The notes under the pieces were generated by a model. It saw only the letters and a program-made list of their open reading frames with translations, had not been told where the DNA came from and searched no databases. A stretch of DNA of 64,000 bases, from contig CM052817.1 of the NCBI GenBank assembly GCA_028534125.1, positions 93,870,001-93,934,000 on the forward strand, in the 5' to 3' direction. The DNA is from Lama glama. Its lineage: Eukaryota. Positions 38,995 to 53,900 of the stretch are shown here, piece by piece. Position 1 is the stretch's first letter; the number at the start of each line of letters is the position of its first letter. The position numbers were made by a program, and so were the translations under genes.

Positions 38995-40950
38995 AATACA
39001 AATTCAAACCTATATTGAGTGCAAGTATTGTACAAATTACTACATTAGGCTTTATGAGGATGCAGAATTAATTAGATGCAAGTTCTGCCCTCAGGGACTT
39101 TATAATCCAGAAAAGATGAGCCAAGTACCCAGACAATTACATTACCACATAGCCTATTTTTCTTGTCATCTGAGAGTTATAAACAAGGTGCCATGGGGTT
39201 ATAGGAGGAAATACCCTATTAATTTGGACCAGGAAATCTTGAATCAGGAAAACGCTCATGAAGACAACCTTTGAGAAGAACCTATAGTTGAAAGGATTTC
39301 AAAAGCAGAGGTAAAGAGTGAGAGGAAAGAAACACAGCATGAACAAAAGCACTACAGCAGAAAAGTGGACACACGTTCAGGTGTCCTGCTGGAACAGAGG
39401 GTAAGGTTGAGGGGCCTTGGAATATGTATGCTGAAAGAGTAAGTTTAGAACCACATTTTGAAGAGCACTGAATTACTATAATTATACAATACATAGTAAG
39501 TTCTTTCCATATGCAAACATTGTGCTAAGTGCTTTATGTGTACTTTCTTAGTTTATCATCAAAATAAACTAATCTTTTATATATCTCTTCTAGTGTCAGG
39601 AGTCTGTACCTAACTCAGCAAGCAATGGAAATTTCAAAGAACTATGAGAAAATGAATGAAAACTCTCTCGCTAGGCTTCAGGAAGGGCAGTCACCATGTA
39701 GGCGTGGACAACTCAGAATGCCAAGGAGAGCAATGAATTTTTTTTTTCTTTTTTGGTAATAGACAAGGCAAGAGATGAGTGGTTTGAATTAGAGTGGCAA
39801 TCCTGAACCTAGAAAAGAGAGACTGAACTCAAGACATTATGAAGAATTTGGCAAGTAATTATGTGACTGTATAAAGAGTCCTATGAGAAAGGAAGTGGGG
39901 AAATAATCGTAAGGTTTAGAACCTGAGCCCTGAAATTAACAAAATAAGAACTTAGGTGCTGTTATTCACACATACAAAAAAAAAAAATAGGAGGTAAGGA
40001 GGTGCACTTATTGAGATGTTGTGCAGACCTTTGCTTTCTCTGTACCATGACTCACGTGGATTTGTACACACACACACAAAAAAAAATCGCTAAACCTTTC
40101 TTCTTCTCTGAAAACTAGGAATAATCACATCCAACTCATAGACTTTTTGAGAATTAAATAAGATAATTTTTTTTTAAAGGAAAGAAAAAGCACCTGGTAC
40201 CATAACACTGTAGGCAGCACACAGTAGGCACTCACTAAACAGTAATTAATATTCTTATTGCTGTTTTTTCTCTTGACATTATGAAAAATTGGGAGTAAGA
40301 GGTGTAACTTTGAAAGGCTTCTCTTTGTGCGTGTGTTCCATACATATGGAAGATGTGAGAGTTGAGGAAATCATCCAAAAAGAGAAAGTTTTAAAGAGAG
40401 TCTTGGTAAATACCTCCATTTTAAGACACTATACAGAAGATAGGAGCTAGTGAAGGAGATAGAAGAGGAAACAGCAGTGAGGTACAAAAAAATGAGAGAC
40501 GTGGAAAAAGAAAATTCAAAGAGAGGATGGTCAACATATCAAATGTTGCTTAGAGGGCAAAAGGAATTGAGCTCTGAGAAAAACAGTATTGGTTTTAGTG
40601 GCAGAGTCAAAAAAATGAAGCTTGGCAGGAGATGGAGACCTAAATGTGTTTATCAACATGTGGGAACCAGCCGGTAGAGAGAAAGATCACATTTACAAAG
40701 GAGAAAGAAAAATTGAAGGAATGAAATCTCAGAGGAAGAAAAAGAGGTTAGATGGAGCATAGGTGCGAAGATCAGCCTCTGCCAGGAAGAGAGATGCACT
40801 TTTTTCATGGAGGGAAGTGAGAGAAAAGAGGCAGGTGGTGGTGAAGAAATGAAGACATTGAAGGCAACTCCACATAGGTGAAAGGGCTCACTGAAGCTGG
40901 CTTTTTAGTAGAATAATAGGTTAAGCCATCTACTGAGGGGTAGTGAAATG
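38995..40950 (-). mobile_element. Fragmented L2 with MIR insertions (about 39490-39570 and 40040-40260)
   Basis: attgagtgcaagtattgtac...gttctgccctcagggactt...gaggatggtcaacatatcaaatgttgct. Confidence 0.65.
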
Positions 40951-41297
40951 GATAAAATTAAGGATTCACAGTTTATTTTTTCTTTCACAGGTAAAGAGCA
41001 TTTATCTAGTAAAAGACATTATTTATTAATGTTTCCACTTTAATAATATTTTGTCAAATCCACTTTTCTCCTCAAAGCATTCATTTTTCTAATGTTTGGT
41101 GAAAATTCTCAGAGAAAAGCATCATGAATCACTGAAACGAGTCACTCTCCAACATTTCCATTCTTTAATGTCAACTCCACATATAAAAGGTATATATTGG
41201 TGGAAGGGAGACCAAATTCCACAGCACCATTCCAAAACATCTCCCTCCTACAGTATGATCATAATGCAATTTTTATTGGTCTCCTTTCTTCATCCAC

Positions 41298-41742
41298 TGT
41301 ACTGGGTTGAAAAATGTCCAAAAAAACCTTCATGTCCACCCAGAACCTCAAAATGTAAGGGTTTTTTTTTTTTCCACTTTATTTGGAAAATAGAGTCTTT
41401 GCAGATGTATTTAGTTAAGTTAGGTCATACTGGTCAAGGGTGGGCCCTAATCCAAAATGAGCTATATCCTTATAAGAGAGAAGTTGGACATAGACACATA
41501 CAGACAAGGAAGACATGTGAAGACAGAGCAGAATTTGGAGTTATGCTGCCTCAAACCAAGGAATGTGTGGGGCTCTCAGGAGCTGGAAGAGACAAGAAGG
41601 AATCCTCCCCTCTAGGCTTCAGGGGAAGCAGGGACCTGCCACCATCTTGATTTTGAACTTCTGGCCTCCAGAACTTTGGGGGAATAAATTCTTGCTGTCT
41701 TAAGCCACCTAGTTTCATGGTAGCCCTAGATAGCTAATAATA
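41298..41742 (+). mobile_element. MLT1C-like solo LTR
   Basis: tgtactgggttgaa...ttatttggaaaatagagtctttgcagatgta...ttctggcctccagaact...ttaagccacctagttt; TSD tccac/cccac. Confidence 0.9.
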
Positions 41743-42949
41743 CCCACCAAAAAGAAATAAGGAAGCTAAGTCCTGTGACTAAGAGATACTTCCTCTTTTA
41801 GACCTCATAAGGATCATCCAAAAATCAAAAGTCCCATTTTTCACCAGAATTTAGCTTTATTGAGCCTGAAGCTCTCTCCAAAAACATCAAAAAAAAAAAA
41901 AAAAGCCCACGTCAGTTCTTAAATTGTCATTGTAAGCAGAGAAATGGTTTACCTGAAAGCCTTAAAAATATGATGAGAAATGGATGCAAGAAAAAAAGCA
42001 TTTTATGATCTATTACATAAAAAATTACCCAAGTGCCATTAGTCCCAAGGTTCTATGGAAGAGGTCAGTCAAATGAGAATGAGAACTAATCACTCAGAAT
42101 AACCAATCAGTAGAGAAAAAAACAATAGCCTTGGTCCCTAATACTTGTCTCTTTAAAAGGAAAGACACCCAATTAGAACACTGAGCCTAGAGCAAGGTAC
42201 GGTGATGAAAGCCAAGAAACAAAAAAAAAGAAAGAAAAGAAGTGTTAGGATTCCATCTGGAATTCCTTGATAACACATCAGAAAGAATGGGCATAGATTG
42301 CCAGAGGGACCAGAAGGACAAAGGCCCATTCTGTGTTTGAAGACTGTGTTTTTGAATCTTAACCACACATTTGGATTAAAAAAGTAAAATAAAATAAAAT
42401 AAAAAACCTAACTCTCTATGCTTTGAGCCTATTAGATATCACAGGAGGAAATAAAGCAAAATTTAGAGATCAAGGTCTGGGATTGTGGTGCAATTACTCT
42501 GGAGAGGTGGTGAAAAGATACTACAAAGAGCCATAGAACAGCAAAAGAGAAACTTTAGACCTAAACTGCTTCTTTTTTCATAAGACAAATCAGTAGGACA
42601 TAAAGGGAGAAAACTATTCCTTTCTTATTGAAAGAACTCCTGGGAAATACACTGTGTTTATAAATGCAAAATGAAAAAAATAAAAATAAAGGAGTAGAAA
42701 GGGCCACAGTAAGAAGTTATGGGGATATTATTTGTAAAAACATCAAATTTTTATTTTAGAATGGACTGGAATGATTATAGACTTCTAAGGATTTGAGCAG
42801 CAAGATCAAAATGACTCTTCAGAAAGACGCTTCTTGCTCTCTGTGTGCAGCAGAGTTTACAGAACAGAGAAGGTGATAAAAAGAGTTCGAACAATTGAGT
42901 ACGCAGACTGGGTTATGTATGTAGAAAGATCAAGAAACAGAATTCAAAG

Positions 42950-44090
42950 TGGATTAGATGAAACAGATCTGCACTTAGATATGATTTTCTTCCATAAACA
43001 CTTCAACCAAAACCCCCCACTTATTCTTCTGCCCTCAAATAAATTTTCCATCAATCCTTTGCCTACAATCCATTGATCTCCCGAAACCATTAATTGTCCC
43101 TCATCTCCATTAGGTTCTCACCTCCCTGCCTACACAATTTAAATAACACCATTCATAATTATAATCACTCTTTCCCATTCCCAACTACCCACCCTCCTCT
43201 CTCTTTCCATTATACTCACCTGGCTAAATCCTGGTGCTTATTTAAGCCCAGCTCCCCATGCTCTTTACCCTTGCACCTGGATAACTGAATGGAGCTGAAG
43301 AGAAATATACAACCATGCTCACCCTTCTCTCTTCTGTTTCATAATCCTTAACCTCAAGAGGATGCCCAGCAATCAATCTGCCTTTCTAGTCCATTCACTC
43401 TTCTATTCACTTGGATAATTATTCCATGCCTTTCCTGTCCTCAAATCTCCAACACTATGCCCTCTAGCTTGATAATCTCGTTTCCTATTTCTCTGAAAAG
43501 TCAGATGATATCCTAAGAGAAATTTCTCAAGCTCTTATTGCCATGCTGCTCTTACATTTACCTTTTTCTTGATGCTAGAAATGAACAGCCCATGCTCTTC
43601 TCCAAGTCTAACCCCTCCTCTGGTCTCTGGGGCCAATCTCCTCTTACAATCTCCACTCAAAGACATCACTTCAACATTTATTCTCCCTCCCTCTTTTCCA
43701 TTATCATTTTTCCTCTCTCTTAGATCAATACCATTATCATACAAACATATTATAATATCTTTAAAAAGTTGTTTCCAAGTTCTTCTTTAGTTATTGCATA
43801 TTCTCTATTCCAGACTGTTCAGAAACTTAATTTTCTGTCCTGAATTTCAACCTCACTTTAATCCAGTTCACATAGGTTTTTGCTTTTACCACTTAATAGA
43901 AACCGCTTATATCAAGTCACCAATTGCCACAATATTGTTATATGCAATGGCAAATCCCTAATCTTTATTTTATCATCAGCATTCAACACAATTGATCACT
44001 CCCCATTTTCCTCATAAGGCTTCCAGGATGCTACTTCCTCTTGGTTCTCCTACTTCACTGATGGTCTCTTTTTCCTTTTCATCCATCCTA
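42950..44090 (+). mobile_element. L2 internal region
   Basis: Long pyrimidine-rich L2 ORF remnant including cagcattcaacacaattgatcactccc; appears to continue after the L1 at 47610. Confidence 0.75.
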
Positions 44091-44091
44091 G

Positions 44092-44313
44092 CCTGCTATT
44101 TGCATATAACCTATACATATCTTCCATATACTTTAAATCATCTCTGGATCATTTATAATACCTAATGCAATATAAATGCTATGTAAATAGTTGCTGGCAC
44201 ACAGCAAGTTCAAGTTTTGCTGTTTGGAAATTTTGGGAATTTTTAAAAATATTTTTGATCTATAGTTGGTTGAATCCATGGATGTAGAACCCGCAGATCC
44301 AAAGGGCTGACTG
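44092..44313. mobile_element. MER2/MER2B-like TcMar-Tigger element, truncated on the left
   Basis: atttgcatataacctatac...ttggttgaatccatggatgtagaaccc...gggctgactg followed by TA. Confidence 0.85.
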
Positions 44314-44315
44314 TA

Positions 44316-47609
<3,294 letters not shown>

Positions 47610-47610
<1 letters not shown>

Positions 47611-48950
47611 TTAATATGACCAAAATAAATTTTTTAGTTCTCTTCCACATCTACCCCAAGATTTCTTCAGTTTCCCATCCATTCCTCCTATTGCTCTGAG
47701 CAAGAATTTTAGAATCATCCTTGTCATTTCCCTTTCTTTCACATGCTTCATCCAATTCATTACTGAATCCTTGTTTAACATTCAATACACATCACTACTT
47801 CTATCCTCTGGTCCAAGCCACCATTATTTCTCTCCAAGATTATTGCAAGAGCCTACTAACCAGCCTGCCTGCTCCTACTGTTGGTCTTCTGCACCTGACT
47901 TTCCACACATCAGCCAGAATTGTGCTTTCACATATAAGTCAGATCATCTCACAGAACAGGAACTATGACAGTTTTGAGATTTTACCTACTAGAAAGCTAA
48001 TTAAAGTAGCCTGCTGCAGTTTATAGATGCTGACAGAGACACAAGACTACTGGATCAGAGACAAAAGACAATGCATTACCCACAGTACTAGAAGTAGTTC
48101 ATGCAACATTGTTGCATAAGTTCCTAAGCCCCAGTTCTCCAAGGATATTATGAGGACACAGGTATTACTGCCAGTATATGCAGTGGGTTGTGTTATAGGA
48201 GTCAGGAAGCATCAATATTATATACCTGGCTCCTGTAAACCTGCCTATCCTCCTTTTCAGAGGGAGCTATGTTTGCCTTTATTATTCTGCAATATAAACA
48301 AACCTGCCACAGGAAAGGAAACAGCTCTACCTTCCAAGGCTGCTTGCTAGGCAAACATCCTTAAAAAGACAATTCAGAGCAAATTATCTGTTAATGCCTT
48401 TGAAGATGTGCAGGAATGTGATGGACCCATGGAGACAATCATTTCTGTGCAAAACCTTGAAATAGTTTGCACCTTTTTTAGAGTAAAAGCCAAATTTCCT
48501 GCAATGGCCTACGAGGTGCTTTGTGATATTACCCTCTGATGTCTCTTAGACCATTCCCTACACTCTCCGTCTTACTCACTCAGCTCCAGCCATGCTAAAA
48601 TCCTTTCTGTTCTTTAAAGATACTTTAAAGATGCCAAATACTCTCCCACCTAAACTTACACTTGGGATACTCTTCTCCCAGTTTTATCTACAGTGCTCGC
48701 TCTTTAGTTGTATCTCTGGTTTAATGCCACTTTATCCAAGATGTTCTCCCAGATCATCCTATATAGAATAGGTGATTATAAAATAACACCCCCAGTGTCC
48801 CCTATTCCTCTTTACCCTGCTTTATATTCCTTGGTTGTTTATCACCATCCAACACCCTATCTATGTGCTTGTTCATTGGTTTATTGTCACTCACTCCATT
48901 AATACAAAAGCTCCTTTGGGCATGTGGGATACTGTCTGGCACACAGTATG
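47610..48950 (+). mobile_element. L2 3' part, interrupted by an LTR
   Basis: ctggtccaagccaccattatttctc...gagtaaaagccaaatttcctgcaatggcctac...gtctggcacacagta. Confidence 0.8.
47955..48440 (-). mobile_element. ERVL LTR, MER54/MER73/MER74 group
   Basis: ttttacctactagaaagctaa...gatgctgacagagacacaagactactggatcagagacaaa...gatgtgcaggaatgtgatggacccatggaga. Confidence 0.7.
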
Positions 48951-49803
48951 TGAGAGGAAAGAGGGAAGAAAATAAAGTAGAAAGGAAGGGAAGAGAGAAG
49001 GCAGAGGATAGTCAGGAGGGAAGGAAGAAAGACAAATGGAGAAGCAGGGCAGAGGTAGAGGAGGAAAAATATGCCAAACATTTTCTAAGGTGGCACATCT
49101 GAGGAAGTGTGAGTAGCACTATGGATGGTGAACTTGGTTCTAACTCATTTTTTATGAAGAAAAATATTTTTTTCAATTTTTCTATATCAAATACTCTTGT
49201 TAGAAGTTTATCCAAACATTCTATTTATATCAGAATTTCTCAAATGGGAGTCCACAGATCCCAGAGAATAAATGATTACATTCTGGTGAATCTAATGATT
49301 TTCTAATGGAAGTTTAAACTTTAAAATTTTCATTTTGATAAAAATAAAATATATATGTGCTCAGCTAAATGTTATACTATTAATAATTAAGCCAACATTA
49401 AGAGTCCAAGAGTATTTTTACTTTAAGAAAAAGCCATCATTTCTCAAATATGAGGAAATATGGGTATTTCTTATTTATTTCCATTGTCTTCCCCCATTCT
49501 TATTCAGTGTTTTCATACCTTAATATGTCCACACTTTTGAACCTCTAATTTTTGAAAGCTATAAACATCAAAAGTCCTATAATCATTAAACTTTTCAGGA
49601 TCTGAAGTATTAATTTCACTATCAGAAGAGATATATTCAGAAGAGTTCTATGATCTCATTTCTACCTTTTAACAAGCAATGGTTATTGACTGTCCACTGA
49701 GAAGCCAGTTTAGGCTTCAGCCTTAGCAGGGTGAATTATAAATTTGTATCAGGAGATGACTCGGGTCCACTCCAGAGCAGAACCCAGACTACTAGTCAGC
49801 CCT

Positions 49804-50150
49804 TGTATTATCTAGTAAGGTTGACATAACAAAATACCGAAGACTGAGTGGCTTAAATAACAGAAAATTATTTTCTCACAGCTCTTCTGGTGGGAAGTCT
49901 GAGATCAGAGTGCCATCATGGTCAGGTTCTGGTGAGAATGCTCTTCCTGGACTTCAGAGGAGTCACATGAAAGAGAGAGAGAGGGCAAGCTCTTTGGTGT
50001 CTCTTCTTGTAAGGGCACTAATCCCACCATGAGGGTCTCATCTTCATGATCTCATCTAACCATAACTACTTCCCAAATGCCCCATCTCCAAATACCATGA
50101 CAACAGGGATCAGAGACTCAGCATATAAAGGGAAGAGGGACAGTCTTAAT
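49804..50150 (-). mobile_element. MLT1A/B-like solo LTR
   Basis: tgtatta...cataacaaaataccgaagactgagtggcttaaataacaga...tcttcttgtaagggcactaatccc. Confidence 0.85.
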
Positions 50151-50898
50151 ACGAAAGACATAAAGAAATAAAGGAGACAAGAGCGCTTTCTCAGGTCATG
50201 TCCAGGCAGACACATGTGACTTCAGTTACCCATTTCCTACCTTCTAGCCTGGTTCAACTTCTTGTCCCTAGAGTCCTATACATACACTGGGGTGACCAGG
50301 AGTATTTTTGGTTCATCTTTCAGAAACATCTGAAACCGAAATGGACAGTCTAAAATTTTCACCTAAAATGAGTAACCCCAAACTCAACAGGGATGTGTTT
50401 TTACTCTTAGGACAGAAACATCAGGAATTCAACACAACCTGATTTCTCCCTGAATTCTTTTTCAGGCTATCATGTAGAACATGAACAAGGGGCTTTCTTT
50501 CCATGCTGGAAGGCTATGGAAGTGCCGGCCTGGACCACACTCCACTTGCCAAAGATCAGAAGTGCATTCCGTCTCTATGAGGTGCGGTTAGGTAGGGGTG
50601 GTAAAAATGATTAAAATTTGAAACCCAAGCTGCTTTGTTTTTGTCACCAATATCCTGGAAATACAATTCTCGCTGAAATTTTCTAGAACTACATTCCTTC
50701 TTGCTATTCTTGTATTTTCCATTCCATTACAATAAATAGGTATTATCCAATGAAGAAAAGCAATATGACTAAAAATTATAAGTTAGAACTGTCTTTAAAA
50801 TACTTACTGATCTGAGAAACAATTCTTAACCACTTCGTGGCCCCAAAACAATTATACTTTTCCTTCTAACACTTGACTCAAAAACTGTCTCCCTCAAA

Positions 50899-51535
50899 GG
50901 GAACCCTCCTACACTGCTGGTAGGAATGCAGTTTGGTGCAGCCACAGTGGAAAACAGTATGGAGAGTCCTCAAAAGACTAGGAATAGACTTACCATATGA
51001 CCCAGGAATCCTGCTCTTGGGCATATATCCAGAAGGAACCCTACTTCAAAATGACACCTGCACCCCAATGTTCATAGCAGCACTATTTACAATAGTCAAG
51101 ACATGGAAACAGCCTCAATGTCCATCAACAGATGACTGGATAAAGAAGATGTGGTATATTTATACGATGGAATACTATTCAACCATAAAAACTGAGAACA
51201 TAACGCCATCTGCAGCAACTTGGATGTTCCTGGAGAAATAAATCAAAATATAAATACAAAACAGAAACAGACTCATAGACACAGAATATAAACTTGTGGT
51301 TGCCAAGTGGGTGAGGGGTGGGAAGGGACAGACTGGGATTTCAAAATGTAGAATAGATAAACAAGATTATACTGTATAGCACAGGGAAATACATACAAGA
51401 TATTACGGTAGCTCACAGCGAAAAAAAAGTGACAATGAATATATATATGTTCATGTATAACTGAAAAATTGTGCTCAGCACTGGAATTTGACACAACATT
51501 GTGAAATGACTATAACTCAATAAAAAATGTTAAAA
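50899..51535 (+). mobile_element. Young camelid-type L1, 5'-truncated
   Basis: Perfect TSD aaaaactgtctccctcaaa (50880-50898 and 51536-51554); open ORF2 C-terminus TPMFIAALFTIVKTWKQPQCPSTDDWIKKMWYIYTMEYY. Confidence 0.97.
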
Positions 51536-51579
51536 AAAAACTGTCTCCCTCAAAATATATAAGGCAAAGATATTTGTGA

Positions 51580-52190
51580 AAAGATATTTAGTCTCACTAG
51601 CAACTTGGAAAATTCTAATTACAGTGAGTCATTATTTTGGTACATCAAATTAATACAGATTTTTATAAACGATGATATTAAGTATTGATGAGGCCATGGT
51701 GAGAGTGTAATCGGAGTAATCTGTCTGCATAAAGAATGAATGAATGGATGGATGAATGAATAAATGAATATCAAAAATCCTTTTTCAAAAAGGGTACTTG
51801 ACTCATCAGTTCCAGTTACTCAGTGTAGCCTAACAAAATAAAGATAAACACAAATATTTAGCCCCATTGTTTATAATCTTGAACATTTAGAAACTAACCC
51901 AAAATTCCAACAATATGGAATTGGTTAAATAAGTATGGCATATCTCTTAAATAGAACATCACAAATATTTTAGGTGAACATGCAATGACATGACAGATGT
52001 CCCTAGCCTATTGTTAAGTGAAAAAAGGTTGCCAAACAATATATATAATGTGTAATTTGAGTCAGAGAAAGAAAGAAACACAACATGCTCAAAGTGGATC
52101 TCTGGTGTGCTGTTATGTTTTTCTCTCTCTCTCCTTTTTTTTTTGCTTATCTATTTTCTAAACTTTCAACAATGATGAATGTTTTTGTAA
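51580..52190 (+). mobile_element. Old L1ME-type fragment with (GAAT)n at about 51734-51768
   Basis: aagtattgatgagg...aattggttaaataagtatggc...ttgttaagtgaaaaaagg. Confidence 0.6.
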
Positions 52191-53049
52191 AAGGAGTAAT
52201 CTTTGCTCTTTAATCTACTTCCCACTTTTAAAAACTCACTGACTTCTACTCATCTATAAATACAATTTGCAGTGCTTTAGCTGATACATATCCTTGCAAA
52301 TACGTTCTTGGTTTCACACATACATATTTTCTTGACTCATCAATTCTCAAGTAAGCTTCTAAGTTCCAGAAGGTCAAAGACTATTGTATCTAATTCTTTA
52401 AACTTCTTGGTGCCTAATAAACTAATGTATATAGAAATTACACATATTATTTATTCAATACATATATCAGAAATACATGATGGAAAGAGACGTTAAAAAT
52501 TTAAAGTAGATAAAAATGTGTTTGAATTGCTGTTGTCCATCCTCTAAATATGTTTGCTTAATATTTCCTAAATCAAACCTTCATCTATTTTCCCACCAGT
52601 AAGTCCCTGTTTCAGGGCTATTACTATTTGAGCCTCTGTCTCTGTCTCGGTGAGTATCTGAGTTCAAATCTTTGCTCAAAAAAACACTGCCACAGCTGTG
52701 AGTCCTGCACACTAAGGTGACCTGCCTGCTGACTATGTCATTGCTGGAAATCATGGTTCAATGCACCTTTTAAATGTTCTTTCTGTCCTATTGACTGTCT
52801 CACAAGTTCAAGTTATTCTTTTCAGGTCACAAGAAACAGAAATTCACTCACGTCGTCTCAAGTAGTGGGTAGCTTACTATACAGATGATGGCAGAAATAT
52901 GGGCAGTGGGATGCATAATGCTAGTCTCATAGTCTCTGGGTTGGAAAAGGCTTTCTAAACAGAACATGAAATTTAGAAGCCATGAAAATATAGACTGATA
53001 AATGTAATTATCCTGAAAACACAGCTCACTGTGTCCTCCCAAAACAGTT

Positions 53050-53900
53050 AAAAACTGGAATATTTGTTATTCATATTACAAACAAAATATTAATTTCTTT
53101 ATAGTGTGTGTGAGAGAGAGATAACAGACAGAAAGAGATCCTAAAGTCCAACAGCAAAAACACCAATAATTCAATGGAAAACCAGGCAAAAGCTATGAGT
53201 TTACAGAAAAATAAATATGATTTGTAAACATATGGGAAAATGTTCAATTGCACTCTTACTAAGAGAAACACAAATAAAAACTATAGTTAGATTTCATTTT
53301 TCTCCAAAAAGTTAATAAAGATTAAAAAAATCTAGTAACCTACGGGGTCAGGAAAGGTATGGTAAAACAGGCCCTCTCATATACAGTGTGTGGGAATGTA
53401 AATTACTTCAACAACTATGGAGAAGGATTTTGAAATGTGTATACAAAATTGCAAATTGTAATTACCTACTTACACTCTGGCCCAACTATTACACTTCTGG
53501 AAGTTGGTCCTATTGATACGCTATACACACGTGTTAAATGATATATATAAAAGACACATATTCTAGCATTATAATGGCAAACAATTGGTAAACCTAAATG
53601 TTTATTAATAGATGTATGACTAAATAAATCATACTCTGCATATGACAGAATATATGTCACCTTTAAGAAGAATAAGGAAATTTCTTAATATATACTGTTA
53701 TGCAATTGTGATTATAAAATGAACAAAGCACAGACTTATATGTGTAGGATGGTAGCATGTGTCTATGTATATGTATACAGTATCATTAAAAAATATACAC
53801 ACCTCTGGAAAAAGGAACTAAACAACCAGGGAACAGTATGAAACAGAAATTTGTTTTTCAAAATAAACCCTTTTGTATCTTTCGATTTTTGAATTTAGTG
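53050..53900 (+). mobile_element. Old L1ME-type fragment
   Basis: aaacatatgggaaaatgttcaatt...aaacaggccctctcatatac...gggaatgtaaatt...aaacctaaatgt. Confidence 0.7.

Noticed and set aside
41096..41650. 184-aa ORF
   Set aside because: Non-ATG start and about two thirds lies inside an MLT1C LTR; no recognisable domain
50933..51241. 102-aa ORF
   Set aside because: C-terminus of L1 ORF2 in a truncated insertion, not a host gene
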